Positions 1 through 13,980 of a DNA stretch of 64,000 bases are shown here, piece by piece. Every line of letters begins with the position of its first letter. Within the stretch, counting starts at the first letter, position 1. Source of the stretch: Octopus vulgaris (Eukaryota). The notes beneath the pieces were generated by a model. That model searched no databases, had not been told where the DNA came from, and saw only the letters and a list, made by a program, of their open reading frames with translations. The position numbers and the translations under genes are program-made. Location of the stretch: assembly GCA_951406725.2 (NCBI GenBank), contig OX597832.1, forward strand, positions 16,306,001-16,370,000, written 5' to 3'.

Positions 1-44
1 GACCATTGATTATATATGAGGTAAGTTGTCATGCATGTAATCAT

Positions 45-220
<176 letters not shown>

Positions 221-386
221 ATATTATTCTTTTGTCGGCTTTTCATAGTTAAATTTAAACATTTATATATATTTATGCATATTTACGTCTAATCTAAATT
301 CACTTTTATGTCAGGAACTACAAACTTTTACATGCATACATACTTATAGACAACATAGAAAAACACGAATTCATAAATGCAGAACC

Positions 387-438
<52 letters not shown>

Positions 439-692
439 GGTGTGTTTGTGTGTGTGCATGTGTGTGTATGTGTGTTCATGTGTGTGTGTGTATATATATG
501 TATATATATATATGCATATATACACACACTTACATATAAATGTACGTATATATATACACACATATATATTTGTATGTGTATATATACAGATATAAACATA
601 TCTACATAGTTATATTTTGTGTGCGTATTTCTGTGTGTATCTATAGAAGGTATGCACATAGGCATTGATAAGCAGTCAGATAGATATATGCA

Positions 693-710
693 TAGATAGA
701 TAGATAGATT

Positions 711-800
<90 letters not shown>
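693..800. repeat. (GATA)n microsatellite
   Basis: Near-perfect TAGA tandem array. Confidence 0.97.
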
Positions 801-2229
801 CAAATTCGTTCGTGTTCCTTTCAGCACACAAGCAAGAACACTCATTCTTCGATTGGTCTGTTTGTTTGAGATTCTGGCTCTCTGTGTCCCTATTTTTTTG
901 TTTCCCTTCTTATATTAGTATGTGTGTCATAGTTCATTCAAGCATTAACAATTCATATATTTAAATTTAGAAGCTTAGATGAAGTGAGAGATTGGTATAC
1001 AAATATAGAATACGACAGGTTTATCCATGAATTTCCTGAAATGTTCCCCAACATTGAGTAATGGCATGGTTTCTATATATTATTTCATTGCTTTCGTTTA
1101 ATATTTGGAAAATATATTTACTACTTCTTTACAAGTGATAGCATCTTTAGTCTTAAATAAAATCGAGAAACTTTATACATTTATGGATTTCATTTTCCCG
1201 TTTTAGTTATTTGTTTTTTAATATTTTCCTTTCTTTTTATTCTTCCAAATTTGGCGTTATTTCTGGAATAGTGAAATAAAAATCACAAACACGCTGTAGA
1301 AACAAAGATTTATAGTTTAGCCTTCTATATAAAATATTTTATACTCAAGCAAACATTGACAATATTTTATATTCATTTCCAAATCTTTCGTAATCTTTAG
1401 TTTGTATTTTTGTGAAACAATTCTTTATTTACTTTTTCTAGCTCTTTTACATAGAAATATACACATATAAGTGTGTGCATAGAGTAGTTTCCAGCAGGTG
1501 GTTGTGTTTATGAATGTATATGTATAATGAAGTGCGCACGCATAAACTTCATCGATTCTTTTTAGGGACAGAAATATTAGCAACAAATAAATTGTAAGTT
1601 GTCGTCGTATATATTTTGTCCATTCATATTTTTTCCAGAGATATTTATTGTTTTGTTTATGTGGTACTATTTGCGTCGTTTTGCTTCTTTTCATTATTTT
1701 AGCTGGTGTGATTATAAATATAGGAGAGATTTAAAACAAAATTGTGCTTACATGAGATATATATCTTGTTACGCAAAATGTTTTTACACGGAAAATATAT
1801 GTACCGACATTATTATAGCCAATATTATAGCCGCTTTGATACAAAATCTTAAACTTTTACAAATCACAATAGTCATCGAAATATACATGGAGGCGAACTC
1901 TGTACGCTAGAACTTTATGAGCACACACACGCGCATGCAGACGTAAATATAAATGTGGCATCTTGACCAAGTGGTTAGAGTTTTCTTGACCAAGTTATTA
2001 GCCGTTTCAGCATATAATCGTATTCTGTTTCATTCCATTCATTGCTGAGAACATTTTCAATCATATAGGGAAATACTAAATATTTTGTACTGTTTTCACA
2101 GTTATTCTGCGTTAGAAATATTATTTTGTTTTCTGCATGATACGATACACATTCAACTCTTCCAATGAAAGAAATAATAACATCTCTGTTTACATAAGTT
2201 GTTTCATTCAAGGAATTTGTGTATTAAGC

Positions 2230-2412
2230 CAGTGGTTCCCATCCAAGCATCTGCGGACCACTGGTGTTCGACAAATATACTACAGTGGTGAGTGTGAATT
2301 AAATTCAAGATTTCATATATATGTATATACACATAATGATATGCATATTAAAAGGAGTCTGTGGGGAAACTCATTGAATAAAAGTGTTGGGAATCATTGT
2401 TGGGAACCACTG
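2230..2412. mobile_element. hAT (Charlie-like) MITE
   Basis: TIRs CAGTGGTTCCCA (2230-2241) and TGGGAACCACTG (2401-2412); 8-bp flanking duplication TATTAAGC/TATCAAGC with one mismatch. An 8-bp TSD with CAGTGG termini is typical of hAT-Charlie. Confidence 0.85.
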
Positions 2413-2660
2413 TATCAAGCCTGAATTCACGGAGTTTATTGTCAGAGGGCAGTTTAGCTTAATTGGAAGAGTACATACTCAGCCGGTATTTGGTAGGTGC
2501 CTGTTCGAACTGCTGTTTAAAAGGGTATATATATATATATATATATGTATACATACCAATTAATATAAATTAATATAAATATAAATATTTAATCTTCGGA
2601 TTCTTTTTTAATATGCTAGACCACTGGTTTTAATTGATAAATATTGATTTCTACCCTTAA

Positions 2661-2714
<54 letters not shown>

Positions 2715-4491
2715 GCAAATGTTCCTACTCTCCATTCACGAGAGCAACTGTAATTTACTAAATTCCTATAATGATTGCAATATTGACCGTCATTAATAAG
2801 TTCTAGTGTTTTTATTTAAAAGGGTCTATATAAATTGTACGTATATAGTAACTTTCAAGTGGTAATCGGCAAATCTCTATTTCTTAGGTATATACAGTGC
2901 CTCTAAAACTGCAATTATGTATTAGAGAATGCCAGAAAAAAGGGGTTGATACCGAAGAGATTACGGTAACCTACGAGAAAGACATAAAAAGGAGAGAGCC
3001 AATAAATCAGTTACATGAAAAACAATGTTTTGATAGTTGAATCAATTTTAGCTTGGAGTTGTAAAAATGAATTTTGACACTGGGATTTTTCATCGAGAGA
3101 AATGAAAACATTTAGCTAATTGAAAGGTTGCCAATAATTTTATCAAAATGTAGGAAAGACAGCAAAAAGAATATGGCAGCCATTTAAAAAGTAGGAAACA
3201 CATAAAAGATTATGTCACTCTGCATGAGGCTTCTCAAGAGACAAGTCACATTAATGAAAAGCATTCTTGAAATTTTGATTAAATGAAATTCAATTTTCCA
3301 CTTGATTATATTATTGTGGTTGTTGTATTTGTTGTTGTTTCCTTTATAATTGCTGAGAATACGTTTATAGTTTTTATTTTTTTTATGTAGAATTTGACGT
3401 GTTCATTTTTATACTCCATCACAACGCAAACCGATTCCCACACCACATCTGTCTCCTTTCTTGTTCAAAGTCTCTCTTTCTCTTTCTCACTCTCTTTCTA
3501 TCTATGTTTCTCTCTCTGTCTGTCTGTATGTCTCTGTCTCTCTCTCTCTTTGTTTCTCACTCTGTCTTTCTTTTTTGTCTCTTTTTATATATTTATATAC
3601 ACACAACGCACGATCACTCAAATCCACACTGATTTATATGTGTGAATGATGTCACTTAAAACGAAAGACGTAAATATACATATACAACAAAAACTAATAA
3701 GGCTGTCTTTGCACTCCTATCAACGTGCCGGATTTAGATGGAGAAAAAGGTAAAAACATATTGAAAACTAAAAAGTAGAAATAATATTATTCTTTCCTAG
3801 AAATATTGAAAATTAAATTCATTTATAGTAAAGTAAATCTTATTTCCTCTATAGGAAAATATTGTATTGAATATTTAATTTCCTTATTTACATTGTAGAG
3901 ATTATGATACTGGAAAAATTAAATAAATCCATTTCCCAGCTAAGAAAGGGAGACGAAGGACTGCTGTATTCATCGATGCAAAATAGTTAAATTATATGGG
4001 CAAACATATTTAACAAGTTACATGAGAGTGTTTGCGCCTAAAACTCAATTAATTACATTATGCTCTTGCGTAGAGAAACGTAATAAAACATCTGATCATA
4101 TAAATAAATACTCTCGGCAGAATAGGATAGTTTAAAATAAGTAAATCTGATAATCATTCAGATAGTTTGCTCATATTGGCCCCTGTAAGCATGGTAAAAT
4201 ATAGCTTATTTGATGCATCATTTAACATATTTCCATGTAAAAGAAAATACTCATTTTACTTACATAGATATTTTATTGCACGTCCATTTGCTTCGGTCTT
4301 GGCGGCAGTCTCTGGCAGAAACCGGCGGAAATCTAGAAAAAGCGAAAGTATATGATCTGGTTTTTTTGCTGTCAATCATTAATCTATATGGGCATGGGAT
4401 TTGTGGAATGTTATTTGAATATATGCATGAGCACAAACGAACCATATTGAGGTGGTTTACGTACTCCGTCTCTTTTGGCGGAATACATTAA

Positions 4492-5183
4492 AGGGGTAAG
4501 ATATATTTCCAAAACCTATTGCAATGCACTTCTGTTCTAGAGCACATACACGAATTAAAGAGAGGCGTAGAACAATGATTTCTAGATTTTTTAAATATTC
4601 ATGAAAAGTGCAAGGACAAACGTCCATGGTTAATAGAAAGGCAAAATTTCTAGCCCCACCACACATTGCAAAGAAATAATGATATAACGAAATTTATGTA
4701 CACCAATGGGTTTTTGATTATATTACGTCGAATGTGTGTTTCTGTATGCAGTTACACAACAACGATATGCGCTTGGCATCTGATGAAATGAATACTCTAA
4801 TTTTTCTAAATCTTGTTTCATTCAGTTAGTACTGTAATACAGGGTGATAATTATTAGACGATGGGGTATTTCCGTACTAGATACTTTCGAGCTACATATA
4901 TTGTCTTTCTCTTAATCGTGGCCTTTCGTAATTCGTAAGAGATTTCTGCATGGCGTGGATACGTGATATTCCAAAACAAAACCAGGTCTCCATCTGTGAA
5001 GACTTCCGGATGAACCTATTTCTAGGCAAGAAACAGAGATGAGGGCAGCGAAGTTTGGCCTTGCACTTTTCATGAATATGATTAAAATTCTAGAAATCAC
5101 TGTTCTACGTCTCTATTTAATGCTCGTATGTGCTCAAGAAAATAACTGTATTGCAATAGGCTTTGGAAATATATCTTACCCCT
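4492..5183. mobile_element. Kolobok/T2-like MITE with long TIRs
   Basis: Imperfect inverted arms of ~130 bp (4492-4621 and 5053-5183) that begin AGGGGTAAGATAT and end ATATCTTACCCCT, with TTAA on both sides; no coding capacity. Confidence 0.8.
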
Positions 5184-6652
5184 TTAATGTAGTGTTGCTT
5201 ATGTTGCTTGCTTTATGTCAGATAGTTTCGTGGTGGGCATTATGCGATTATACGTGTTCCTATTCGAGATATTCGTACGCTTTGAAACATTGTTATTCAC
5301 ACAGACACCAAACAACTAAAGCTTAACACGGTCAAGTGTCCGTAATAATGCAAATATGAAATATAAATACAGACAGATATTGCTCTACATGTGCAGAACC
5401 AACAGAGTGACAGTGACAAGGTGAACGTCCTATAGACAAAGATGGAAATCAACTAGTTAAAATCGAATAAACACATATTTATTAATAACTGGCAGAAACA
5501 CCTGTCGTCGACTGGGATGAAGTAAGCTGTCAAAATTGTACTACGAATATTGGAAGATATTCACGTAAATTGTATTGAACATAAATAAGAAATGCGTGTT
5601 AACTTTAATATGGATGTTAGAGCGGTATTCTTGTGTCTAACATATCAGAAATAACTGTCAGAATTCATGTGGACCGTAGAACCGTTTCTTTCAGGTCAAT
5701 ATCATTTATGAATGTCTATGAAATAATGAATTGTAGTTCCCGTATATATTTTCTATCGCAATCTGCCTATTAAGAAGTTGTTATATTTACATTTTTATTA
5801 ACAGTACTATAAATCTTTATGCTTATAATGTATTTCCGAAGTTGTAATATAATATGTATAACATGCAATTAAAAACAAAACCCCAGGCTTCGTAGTTTTT
5901 GTATTCGTATGCCAAACAATTATTCTTTTATTTTGGAAATTTAATTGATGATACTTTCTTATTTCATGAAAGTTATTTTTTCTATGTATACCTATGTCTA
6001 TCACTCTACCTAAATTTTATTCATCCATCTCTTCATTTACTGCCATTCTAATTGTCTGTCCGCATGTAACTCTAGGTATCTGCCTCCTTACGTACATATA
6101 TGTCTTTTAGTATATTTGTGTAACGTTTTGATTCGCTTCAGTTCGAATTTCCTCCCTTTTTCATCAAATAGATAAATTAAATAAATACACAAATAAAATG
6201 GATACGAAATGGTGGAGAGAAAAAGAGTGAAAAAACAGGACTGAGAAGTTTTAAAGACGAAATGCGAAAAAAGGTAATAGTTACTAGGTGGTTTAAATAG
6301 TTAGTTCAAGGGAGGGCTGTAGAGAAAGAAACTTAGAAATACAGTATGTATTAGATTGGTGATGTTGCGGCCGTGTAGTTATATAAAGATGAGTAGAGAT
6401 CAAGGTAGAGAGAGGGTGAGATTAGTAGGGAGAGAATGAACAGGGTAGTTATATTAAGCGTAAGAGTCTGATAAAGAGAGAGTAGCGACGCTATTCCAAC
6501 CGATGTATTACGCTGTCACATGGCAAGTTGACGTGATGGGTAAGAGGAAACAAGAAAGAACACGATGACGACCTGAAGTGGAGAAGAACATGGCTAAAAC
6601 TAGTGTTGAAGAAATTGTTTGAGAGAAAGAACGAACGAAAGATAGAAAGAAA

Positions 6653-6667
6653 GAAAGAACGAAAGAT

Positions 6668-6726
<59 letters not shown>
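6653..6726. repeat. (AAAG)n microsatellite
   Basis: Direct reading. Confidence 0.95.
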
Positions 6727-6933
6727 AAAAGAGAAGGAAAAAGGTAAATTGTTTCGAAGAGGGGAATTTTAAATATATTATCGTGACTAATAGAAAAATA
6801 TTAAATATTAGTTTATATCCTCTATCCGTAGATTTACTAATCTATCGAATGACAAAGGCAGATAAAACGATTGGTGGATGTTATAAGGAAGCATTATACT
6901 AAACTCATTCTTATTAAACTCATTCTTAGAAAT

Positions 6934-7133
6934 AGCAGAAACTTTAGCATGCTGGGCTAAATGCTTAGCGGTATTTCATCTGTCCTTATGTTCTGAGTTC
7001 AAATTCCGCCGAGGTGGGCTTTTCCTTTCATCCTTTCGGGGTCGATAGATTGAGTACCAGTTGCGTACTGGGCAGATCTAATCGACTGACCACCTCCCCA
7101 AAATCTCGGAGTTGTGCCTAGAGTAAAAAAAAT
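6934..7133 (+). mobile_element. tRNA-derived SINE family A (5'-truncated)
   Basis: B-box GAGTTCAAATTCC followed by core CCTTTCATCCTTTCGGGGTCGATA...AGTACCAG, shared with the copies at 16279 and 57880. Confidence 0.85.
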
Positions 7134-7383
7134 TGTTGGTTGCCATGGTGCGATGAGTAGGTCGTAAAAATGTTCTTTCATTCAAATAATTTCTTAGGCG
7201 CAGGTTGTACGTGTCTTAAGAAGATTGCTTCTCAAAAACAATATTTCGACTACAAATTACACAAGCACACACACACCTATATATACGAGTGAGTGGACAA
7301 ATGAAAGAAGAGCCCTCAACACATTTATTGGGAGTTACATGCATGGAGCAAACTCAGAGTATCAAGGAAGTTGAATAAAACTG

Positions 7384-7432
<49 letters not shown>

Positions 7433-7480
7433 ATTATTTTAGTCAGGCAATTGAAACTGGACCTTTGCATATGTGCATAT

Positions 7481-7607
7481 ATGTAGTAGCTTTCAACAAT
7501 AGTATGCTTTTTTTAACCTCTCCTTCATTTTCTATCCTATTTTCAAAATGTTCTTTTATCAACGATTCTGCATTGTCTTTTATTCGTATATGTATGTATT
7601 CGTATAT

Positions 7608-7647
<40 letters not shown>

Positions 7648-8118
7648 CATGTATGTATGTATGCATGAATGTATGTGTATTTGTGTCTGTGTATGTGTGT
7701 GTTTGTATGTGCTACCTGAGTAGATTTCAATGATGAAGGCAGAGCATTTCTTACGCAAATCCAGAAATCTGGGATCTGGAATTATCCAGTAATTGTTTTT
7801 TGCTAGTTTGTTTTCTCTCTTTGTCTTCACTCCTGGTCTGGTGCTATATTCACATTTAATGTGGTTTTAGAGTCAATTAATATCTGTTTAGAAACTATGG
7901 ACGATAGACAGCGTAATCTAATAAGAGAAAGAATGTCACGGTACAGGCAAAGATGTAAAGAAAAATGAATCTGTACAACAATCATAGGTGCAGCAATGCT
8001 GGAGGGAAAATATGAATGAAAGACAATGCAGAATCGTTGATAAGAGAACATTTTGAAGATAGGATAGAAAATGAAGGAGAGGTTTAAAAAAGCTTACTAT
8101 TGTTGAAAGCTACTACAT
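7481..8118. repeat. inverted repeat, 105-bp arms with ~430-bp spacer
   Basis: 7481-7585 is the reverse complement of 8014-8118 with 5 mismatches by eye. Confidence 0.92.
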
Positions 8119-8883
8119 TGATACACATAATATTTTCTGTAATTATTGTGAAAATTTGGGTTTTATAATAAACCTCTGAACTTCTGCTAGATTGGGAAAC
8201 TTATGGTCCCTTAATTACATATTTGACCAGAGTAACCGAAATGCTTTGTTGTTTTTAACGAAAACAATGCAAAATACACAATTTCAAAGACTCACTAACA
8301 TTTATAGGTCTCTATATGCATTCAACCGTCCAAACGTTTCATAATGACCGCGGTATTTCTGAGTCCTGCTAGTTAAAACAACACCTTTTTACCATCATTT
8401 TTAGGAATTTGCTTTGCACCCTTTTATAAACGCTAGGAATATTACTATTTTGACGTAGGCCTTTAAGTACTGAATTCCAGCATCAAGTGGGCGATGTTCC
8501 GATATTCTAAGACAACAGCAATTCCTTATCAGCTATTTATTCAATATTTGCAGTTGCAAATATCAAAATGTGGAATTTATCTCCACATCAGTGTATTAAG
8601 AGGGGACCGGGTTTATGTCGCTTTCAATAAAATTGAGAATAACTTCGCGTGATGATGTTTCAAAACCAACGGAATATTTTATCTTGAAGGGAATATCCCA
8701 AGCTTCCTATTTGTGAAGATGTGAAAGGCATGATCAAGGCTGCTAAACACAAATAGGGCTTCATTGGCAATTTTTCTGTCTTTTACATATTACTGCATAG
8801 AGAAACATATTATAACTACAAGAAATTGTCACCTAACTGTTGTTTATTTCAATTCCATAGAGCAATTCTATGTATGTATGTAT

Positions 8884-8884
<1 letters not shown>

Positions 8885-8979
<95 letters not shown>

Positions 8980-9076
8980 TGTAGTTTTATTTTTATAGCG
9001 TGCTTTCACTTCCCTACCGATCGCAGCTCTGTGTGGATTGGGTATGTGCTGTTATTTGTTGTGATGCTCTGATGGT
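8885..9076 (-). mobile_element. 3' end of a non-LTR retroelement with (AAT)n tail (Dong/R4-like)
   Basis: Minus strand reads ...GAAGTGAAAGCACGCTATAAAAATAAAACTACAG(AAT)n. Flanked by a duplicated CATAGAGCAATT..(TATG)n(ATT)n at 8856 and 9077. Confidence 0.55.
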
Positions 9077-9105
9077 CATAGAGCAATTATTATGTATGTA
9101 TGTAT

Positions 9106-9187
<82 letters not shown>

Positions 9188-9319
9188 CATTATTATTATT
9201 ATCACTATTATTATTATTATCATTACGTGATTACAAATTTAGAAAATAATTAAAGAAATTGCCATTTGTTTAGGGCGCAAGGAAACAGAACCAGAAGTGA
9301 AATTAATATATCATAACAA

Positions 9320-9530
9320 GTCGACGCGTTGGCAGAATGGTGAGCAAACCTGACAAAACGCCTAGAAGCATTTCATACGACCATACATAAAGAGTTCAAA
9401 TTCTGCCGTGGTCGACTTTGCCTGTCACCGTTTCGTGGTCGATAAAATAAGCACTATTAGAACGCTGGTAACGACGAAATCGACTTACTCACTTCCTGAA
9501 TTTGTTGCCTTTCTGCCTAAATTTCAAATA
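9320..9530 (+). mobile_element. SINE family A, diverged
   Basis: TGGCAGAATGG..GAGTTCAAATTCTGCCGTGGTCGACTTTGCC..GTCGATAAAATAAG matches family A. Confidence 0.75.
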
Positions 9531-10386
9531 CGTAATGTATTATTGATAAATACATCAGACGAGTTTTACCGGAATTTGGTTTCAAGCCTTTGGTATATTA
9601 CAATTTTTTTAATGTATTAACAGTTTCATTTCAATCGTGTTATTCAAGTAATTGTGAGATATATGTTTCGTCTTTCAGTTCTGTAAATTTAATTTCGTCA
9701 GATTATCGGTAAAATATTTCTAAATATATTTTATAGAGTGTAAAAAAGTAATTTGACAAGAATGTAAGCATTTCCATTTTCTAAAGCACGAGAATGTTTT
9801 TATTATAAATCTAATTGTTCTAAATAATAGAATGGTTGGAGCTAAGATATATAAATGCATACCCTTATTCCAGTTATAGAATATTTGTTCCAACAAACAG
9901 TATTTGAAGATTAATTGCTGTCGTAAATTCGTATAACAGACAACATTTTTACTTGATGTCTTGCTATAAAAATATTTAAAATATTCTAAGCAATAAAAAT
10001 ATTGTTTGATTATGTAAACCATAAACTGAACACACACCATATTGAGGGTCACATATCAAATAGGTCTTTATTCGGGAAATCATTATGAAAAGAAAATACG
10101 TATTAACGCATTGGTTGCATGTTAAAATATGTTAATCTTCGTATGTATTTTGTAAAGTTAGTGGCTTGTGGTTGCTTATTAACACCTCAATGGCCACATT
10201 TCGTTGTTAATGAACCGATTACAAGCTGCAGCTAAAAGAAAAGATGCAAATAACACTTAGTGTATTCCAGTAGTCATTTATGATGAGAAAAGAATTGAAA
10301 ACTAATTGGGTAGGGGCGGGACAAAGAAAATGGATGCTTTGTAAGTGACAAGTGGTGTACTGATCAACTAGTAGTACGGTTCATTG

Positions 10387-10771
10387 TGGAGGCGCACTGG
10401 CCCAGTGGTTAGGGCAGCGGACTCGCGGTCGTAGGATTGCGGTTTTGACTCCCAGATCGGGCGTTGTGAGTGTTTATTGAGCGGAAATACCTAAAGCTCC
10501 ACGAGCCTCCGGCAGGGATGGTGGTGATCCCTGCTGTACTCTTTCACCACAACTTTCTCTCACTCTTCCTGTTTCTGTTGTACCTGTATTTCAAAGGGCC
10601 GGTATTGTCACTCTCTGTGTCACGCTGAATATCCCCGAGAACTACGTTAAGTGTACACGTGTCTATGGAGCGCTCAGCCACTTACACGTTAATTTCACGA
10701 GCAGGCTGTTCCGTTGATCGGATCAACCGGAACCCTCATCGTCGTAACCGACGGAGTGCTTCCACATCCAC
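10387..10771 (+). mobile_element. full-length tRNA-derived SINE family B (Octopus OR-type)
   Basis: A-box TGGCCCAGTGG, degenerate B-box GGTTTTGACTCCC, 3' tail ending CGTAACCGACGGAGTGCTTCCACATCCAC; 14-bp TSD AGTACGGTTCATTG at 10373-10386 and 10772-10785; near-identical copies at 25508 and 43775. Confidence 0.93.
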
Positions 10772-13074
10772 AGTACGGTTCATTGGTGATAAACCTACAA
10801 AGACACCCAGTGTTCAGTAACCGATTGCAAAGTTTTGAGCGGAATACAAGGATAGTTTGTTATTAGCAGTTTAATTCAAATTAGTTGGGTGGCACTTAAC
10901 TAAATGCATTGGAGGATGACTCAGTAAGTAGCAGCACGATTCACTCAGATTTTTTGAGCAATTCATTTCGAGCTGCACAAGTACGCATTAATATGTATAT
11001 ATATATAAAAAAAAACGCATATACGGACCCTAATATGAATAGATACATATACACTTATACATGAGTACGAATATGCACACGTACAAACACACACTCACTC
11101 ACTTAAGACAAACACAGCTATATACACACACACATGCACGCACATACACATATTCGCATATGTGTTCGTCACAACGGGGTAACAGCTTTAACATTTCAAT
11201 GAATTACATTATATTTCAACGAAGAGCGATGATTCATTGGAAACTATCCGTGTGTAAACCTAATCAATTTCCATTTAAATTATAAATGAACGTCATATAT
11301 GGTTTTATAATTAATTCCAATGTTATCGATTCTTACACTGCTCTGAGACACTGAATGGACTTTAAGCAAAACATACGGGAGGGAAATCTAATTGAGTTAT
11401 ATAACAGAACTAAAAGCTAAAATGTAAGACTTCGAAATTAAGATTTTCATTTTCATTTTAATATGACGTACTTTATATAGTTTCTGCTAAATTGAAATAT
11501 TGTACGTTTAATTGTAACCTAATATATACTCTACAAGGTTTACATCTTCTGGACACTATTAATTTTGTTTACAGTATCTAGTAGTTAGCAGTTTAAAATT
11601 TCTTCTAACTTACAGTTACGATAGTATTTTAAATAATCTTACGTTTAATGGTGTGTATCATCAAATATTATTCAAATGAAATAATTCTGGACAGCATACT
11701 TTTAATTTATTACCCAATTATTAGGTATGCAATAACAGAGACAGAAAGAGAGTGAGCGGTGAGAGTGTATGTGCCCGTGAGAGAGAGAGAGAGAGAGAGC
11801 GAGACAACAAGAGATTGAGATTTCTACTATAAATTGTACAATCAGAAGTGGATTTAACAGGTTTAATCAGAAATCGGCAGTGGAACAATGTGCATAGTTT
11901 CCAACACTCTTTTCTATGCGTAAGTAGTCGTTCGAAATTTTATGAATTTGTTAGTAAAAGTGTTACTATCCTAATTGATTTTCGAAAGTACTAAAAGCAA
12001 AACAAAACACAGATACATTTTCGAATTGACTTCAACACAAGAATACGTTTATTGAAAAATAATTATTATGATGTGGTGATGATTTAACGCAGATATATCG
12101 TTTCTGAAATAATATTTTTTATAATTTCCGTGTACTTTTGCTTAGAGTGTTATGGAAACTTTCCTTAATTTAAATGTTTATGTTGTATTCGGTAGTAGTC
12201 TGTTTTACAAAGCCAAGTAGGCGTACTTAAGCACAACCAAGCAAACAAGTAATGTTTCAATATCTACTTTTTCATTTAAAGTATTCCGATTTTGAAATCC
12301 TCCTGTAATTTTCTCTTTATTCTTCTAAAACACTACCGCTTGATAATTATTTTTAATTCATGCACTACTCATTGTAGGAATAAAATATGCACTCATACAT
12401 GTACGCATCTATTTATATAAGTATGAATATATACATGTAGGTAGGTGTGTGCGCAGATATGTATCTTTGTATGTACTCACATATGTAGAAATGTAAGTAT
12501 TTATGTTTGTATATTTATATGAAACTATGTAGGTAGGTAGGCAGCAAGGCGGATATGTATGTATGCATGTATGTATGTGTATAGGCAGGAAGGTAAGTAC
12601 GTACGTACATACATAGGCTTGAATATCTGTATCATTCCTCACATGTTTTTTCCAAACTGTAATATATATATATTTATTCAGAATACACACGGAAAAACAT
12701 TAAAAAATGCCGAAATATTCATATACCTTCAGACTTACACATACACGCATATTTCAGCGTGATATTCTACAAGGCTCATGCTCTCAAATAGAATAGTACA
12801 CTTATACGTAAGACCAAACTTCTGCTAGAAAAACTGACGTTCATCACAATATCTAGAAGGGTGTTACTCGACTGATTAGAATCTTTTTAATGATAGACGC
12901 GTGAGGTTTCTCTTATATTCCTCTTGCTTTTTATTACGGTAATCGCCTCTGTTCTAGGAGGTGGATAGTTCAGCACATCCAACAGCCACAAATGTCCCCA
13001 TTACATCCACTTTCCTGATCTAATTTTCCATTTCCGAAAATTGGTACTCAGGAATTGTAAACTGTTCTAACAGT

Positions 13075-13260
13075 GGGGTAAAATATAGAGGGGACGAACA
13101 AGGACAGACAAAGGATTAAGTGGATTAAATCGAACCCAATGCGTAACTGGCTCTTATTTAATCGATTTCGAAATTATGAAAGGTAATGTCGACCTCAATT
13201 GTAACGGCTGACGAAATACAGCATTACGCCCGGCGTGGTAACGATTCTGCCAGCTCACCG
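13075..13260 (-). mobile_element. SINE family A
   Basis: Reverse complement of family A; the + strand ends ...GATTCTGCCAGCTCACCG. Confidence 0.82.
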
Positions 13261-13839
13261 ATTTACTCCTCCATTATTTTGATTGAATAAATCTCACCTA
13301 ACACCAAGGCACTGCAATGTTCAGGCACTTTCCACTTTTTTCAATCTTTGCAGTTTATATCTATACACAGCCGCGTAGATGCAAACACGCACGCACACTT
13401 ATGAGTACACACACATATTTATACCTGTCTACAAAATTATTCTGCCGTGTTACACTGTAGTGTGAACTGAAGTAAGCTTTCCCGTCCAACATCACTTGTA
13501 AACTAAAGATATATATGAAAGAGACAGAAAAAGATATGTTATTTGAAATAGAAAGTGAAGCTATTTGCGGGGGTTATTTGAGCACGAAGATGACAATTAA
13601 ATGTATTAAAGTGATATATACCGTTTCGCGTAGGGGATAGCAGATAGTTACGCCAGTTTTTGCGAAGGTTAGGAATATATAGATGATGAAACCAAACTTC
13701 CAAACACTTCTAACATGCAATGTTACGTAAAACTATAGAACACTTGCGCAATTACTGCAAAGAAATAAAAACATATCCCAATTTCTTCTTTATCTAGTTG
13801 GAAAATTACAAAGTAATTATAATATATGATTTTGGAACA

Positions 13840-13980
13840 AGGTGAGCCCCAGTAGTGAACTTGATGAAAGATAAAAGCAATATCGGACTTGGCGGGAGTT
13901 GAACTCGTAACGTGAAAAAGGGACGAAGTGCCGCTAAGCTGTTTGCCAAGCGTACTAACCATTTGGCCACCTCTCCAACT
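13840..13980 (-). mobile_element. SINE family A, diverged fragment
   Basis: GGCGGGAGTTGAACTC..GACGAAGTGCCGCTAAGC matches the reverse complement of the family A head. Confidence 0.65.

Noticed and set aside
6350-6600. Possible decayed RTE-like LINE C-terminus
   Set aside because: Similarity to RWxGHV and GRP motifs is too weak in purine-rich sequence.
8440-8500. Minus-strand PLDAGIQYLKAY resembling pogo/Tigger QPLDxGII
   Set aside because: A single short motif with no supporting flanking motifs.
10387-10465. tRNA-like sequence with A and B boxes (also 25508, 43775, 54447)
   Set aside because: It is the head of a multi-copy SINE with TSD and tail; the cloverleaf is not intact, so it is not a tRNA gene.
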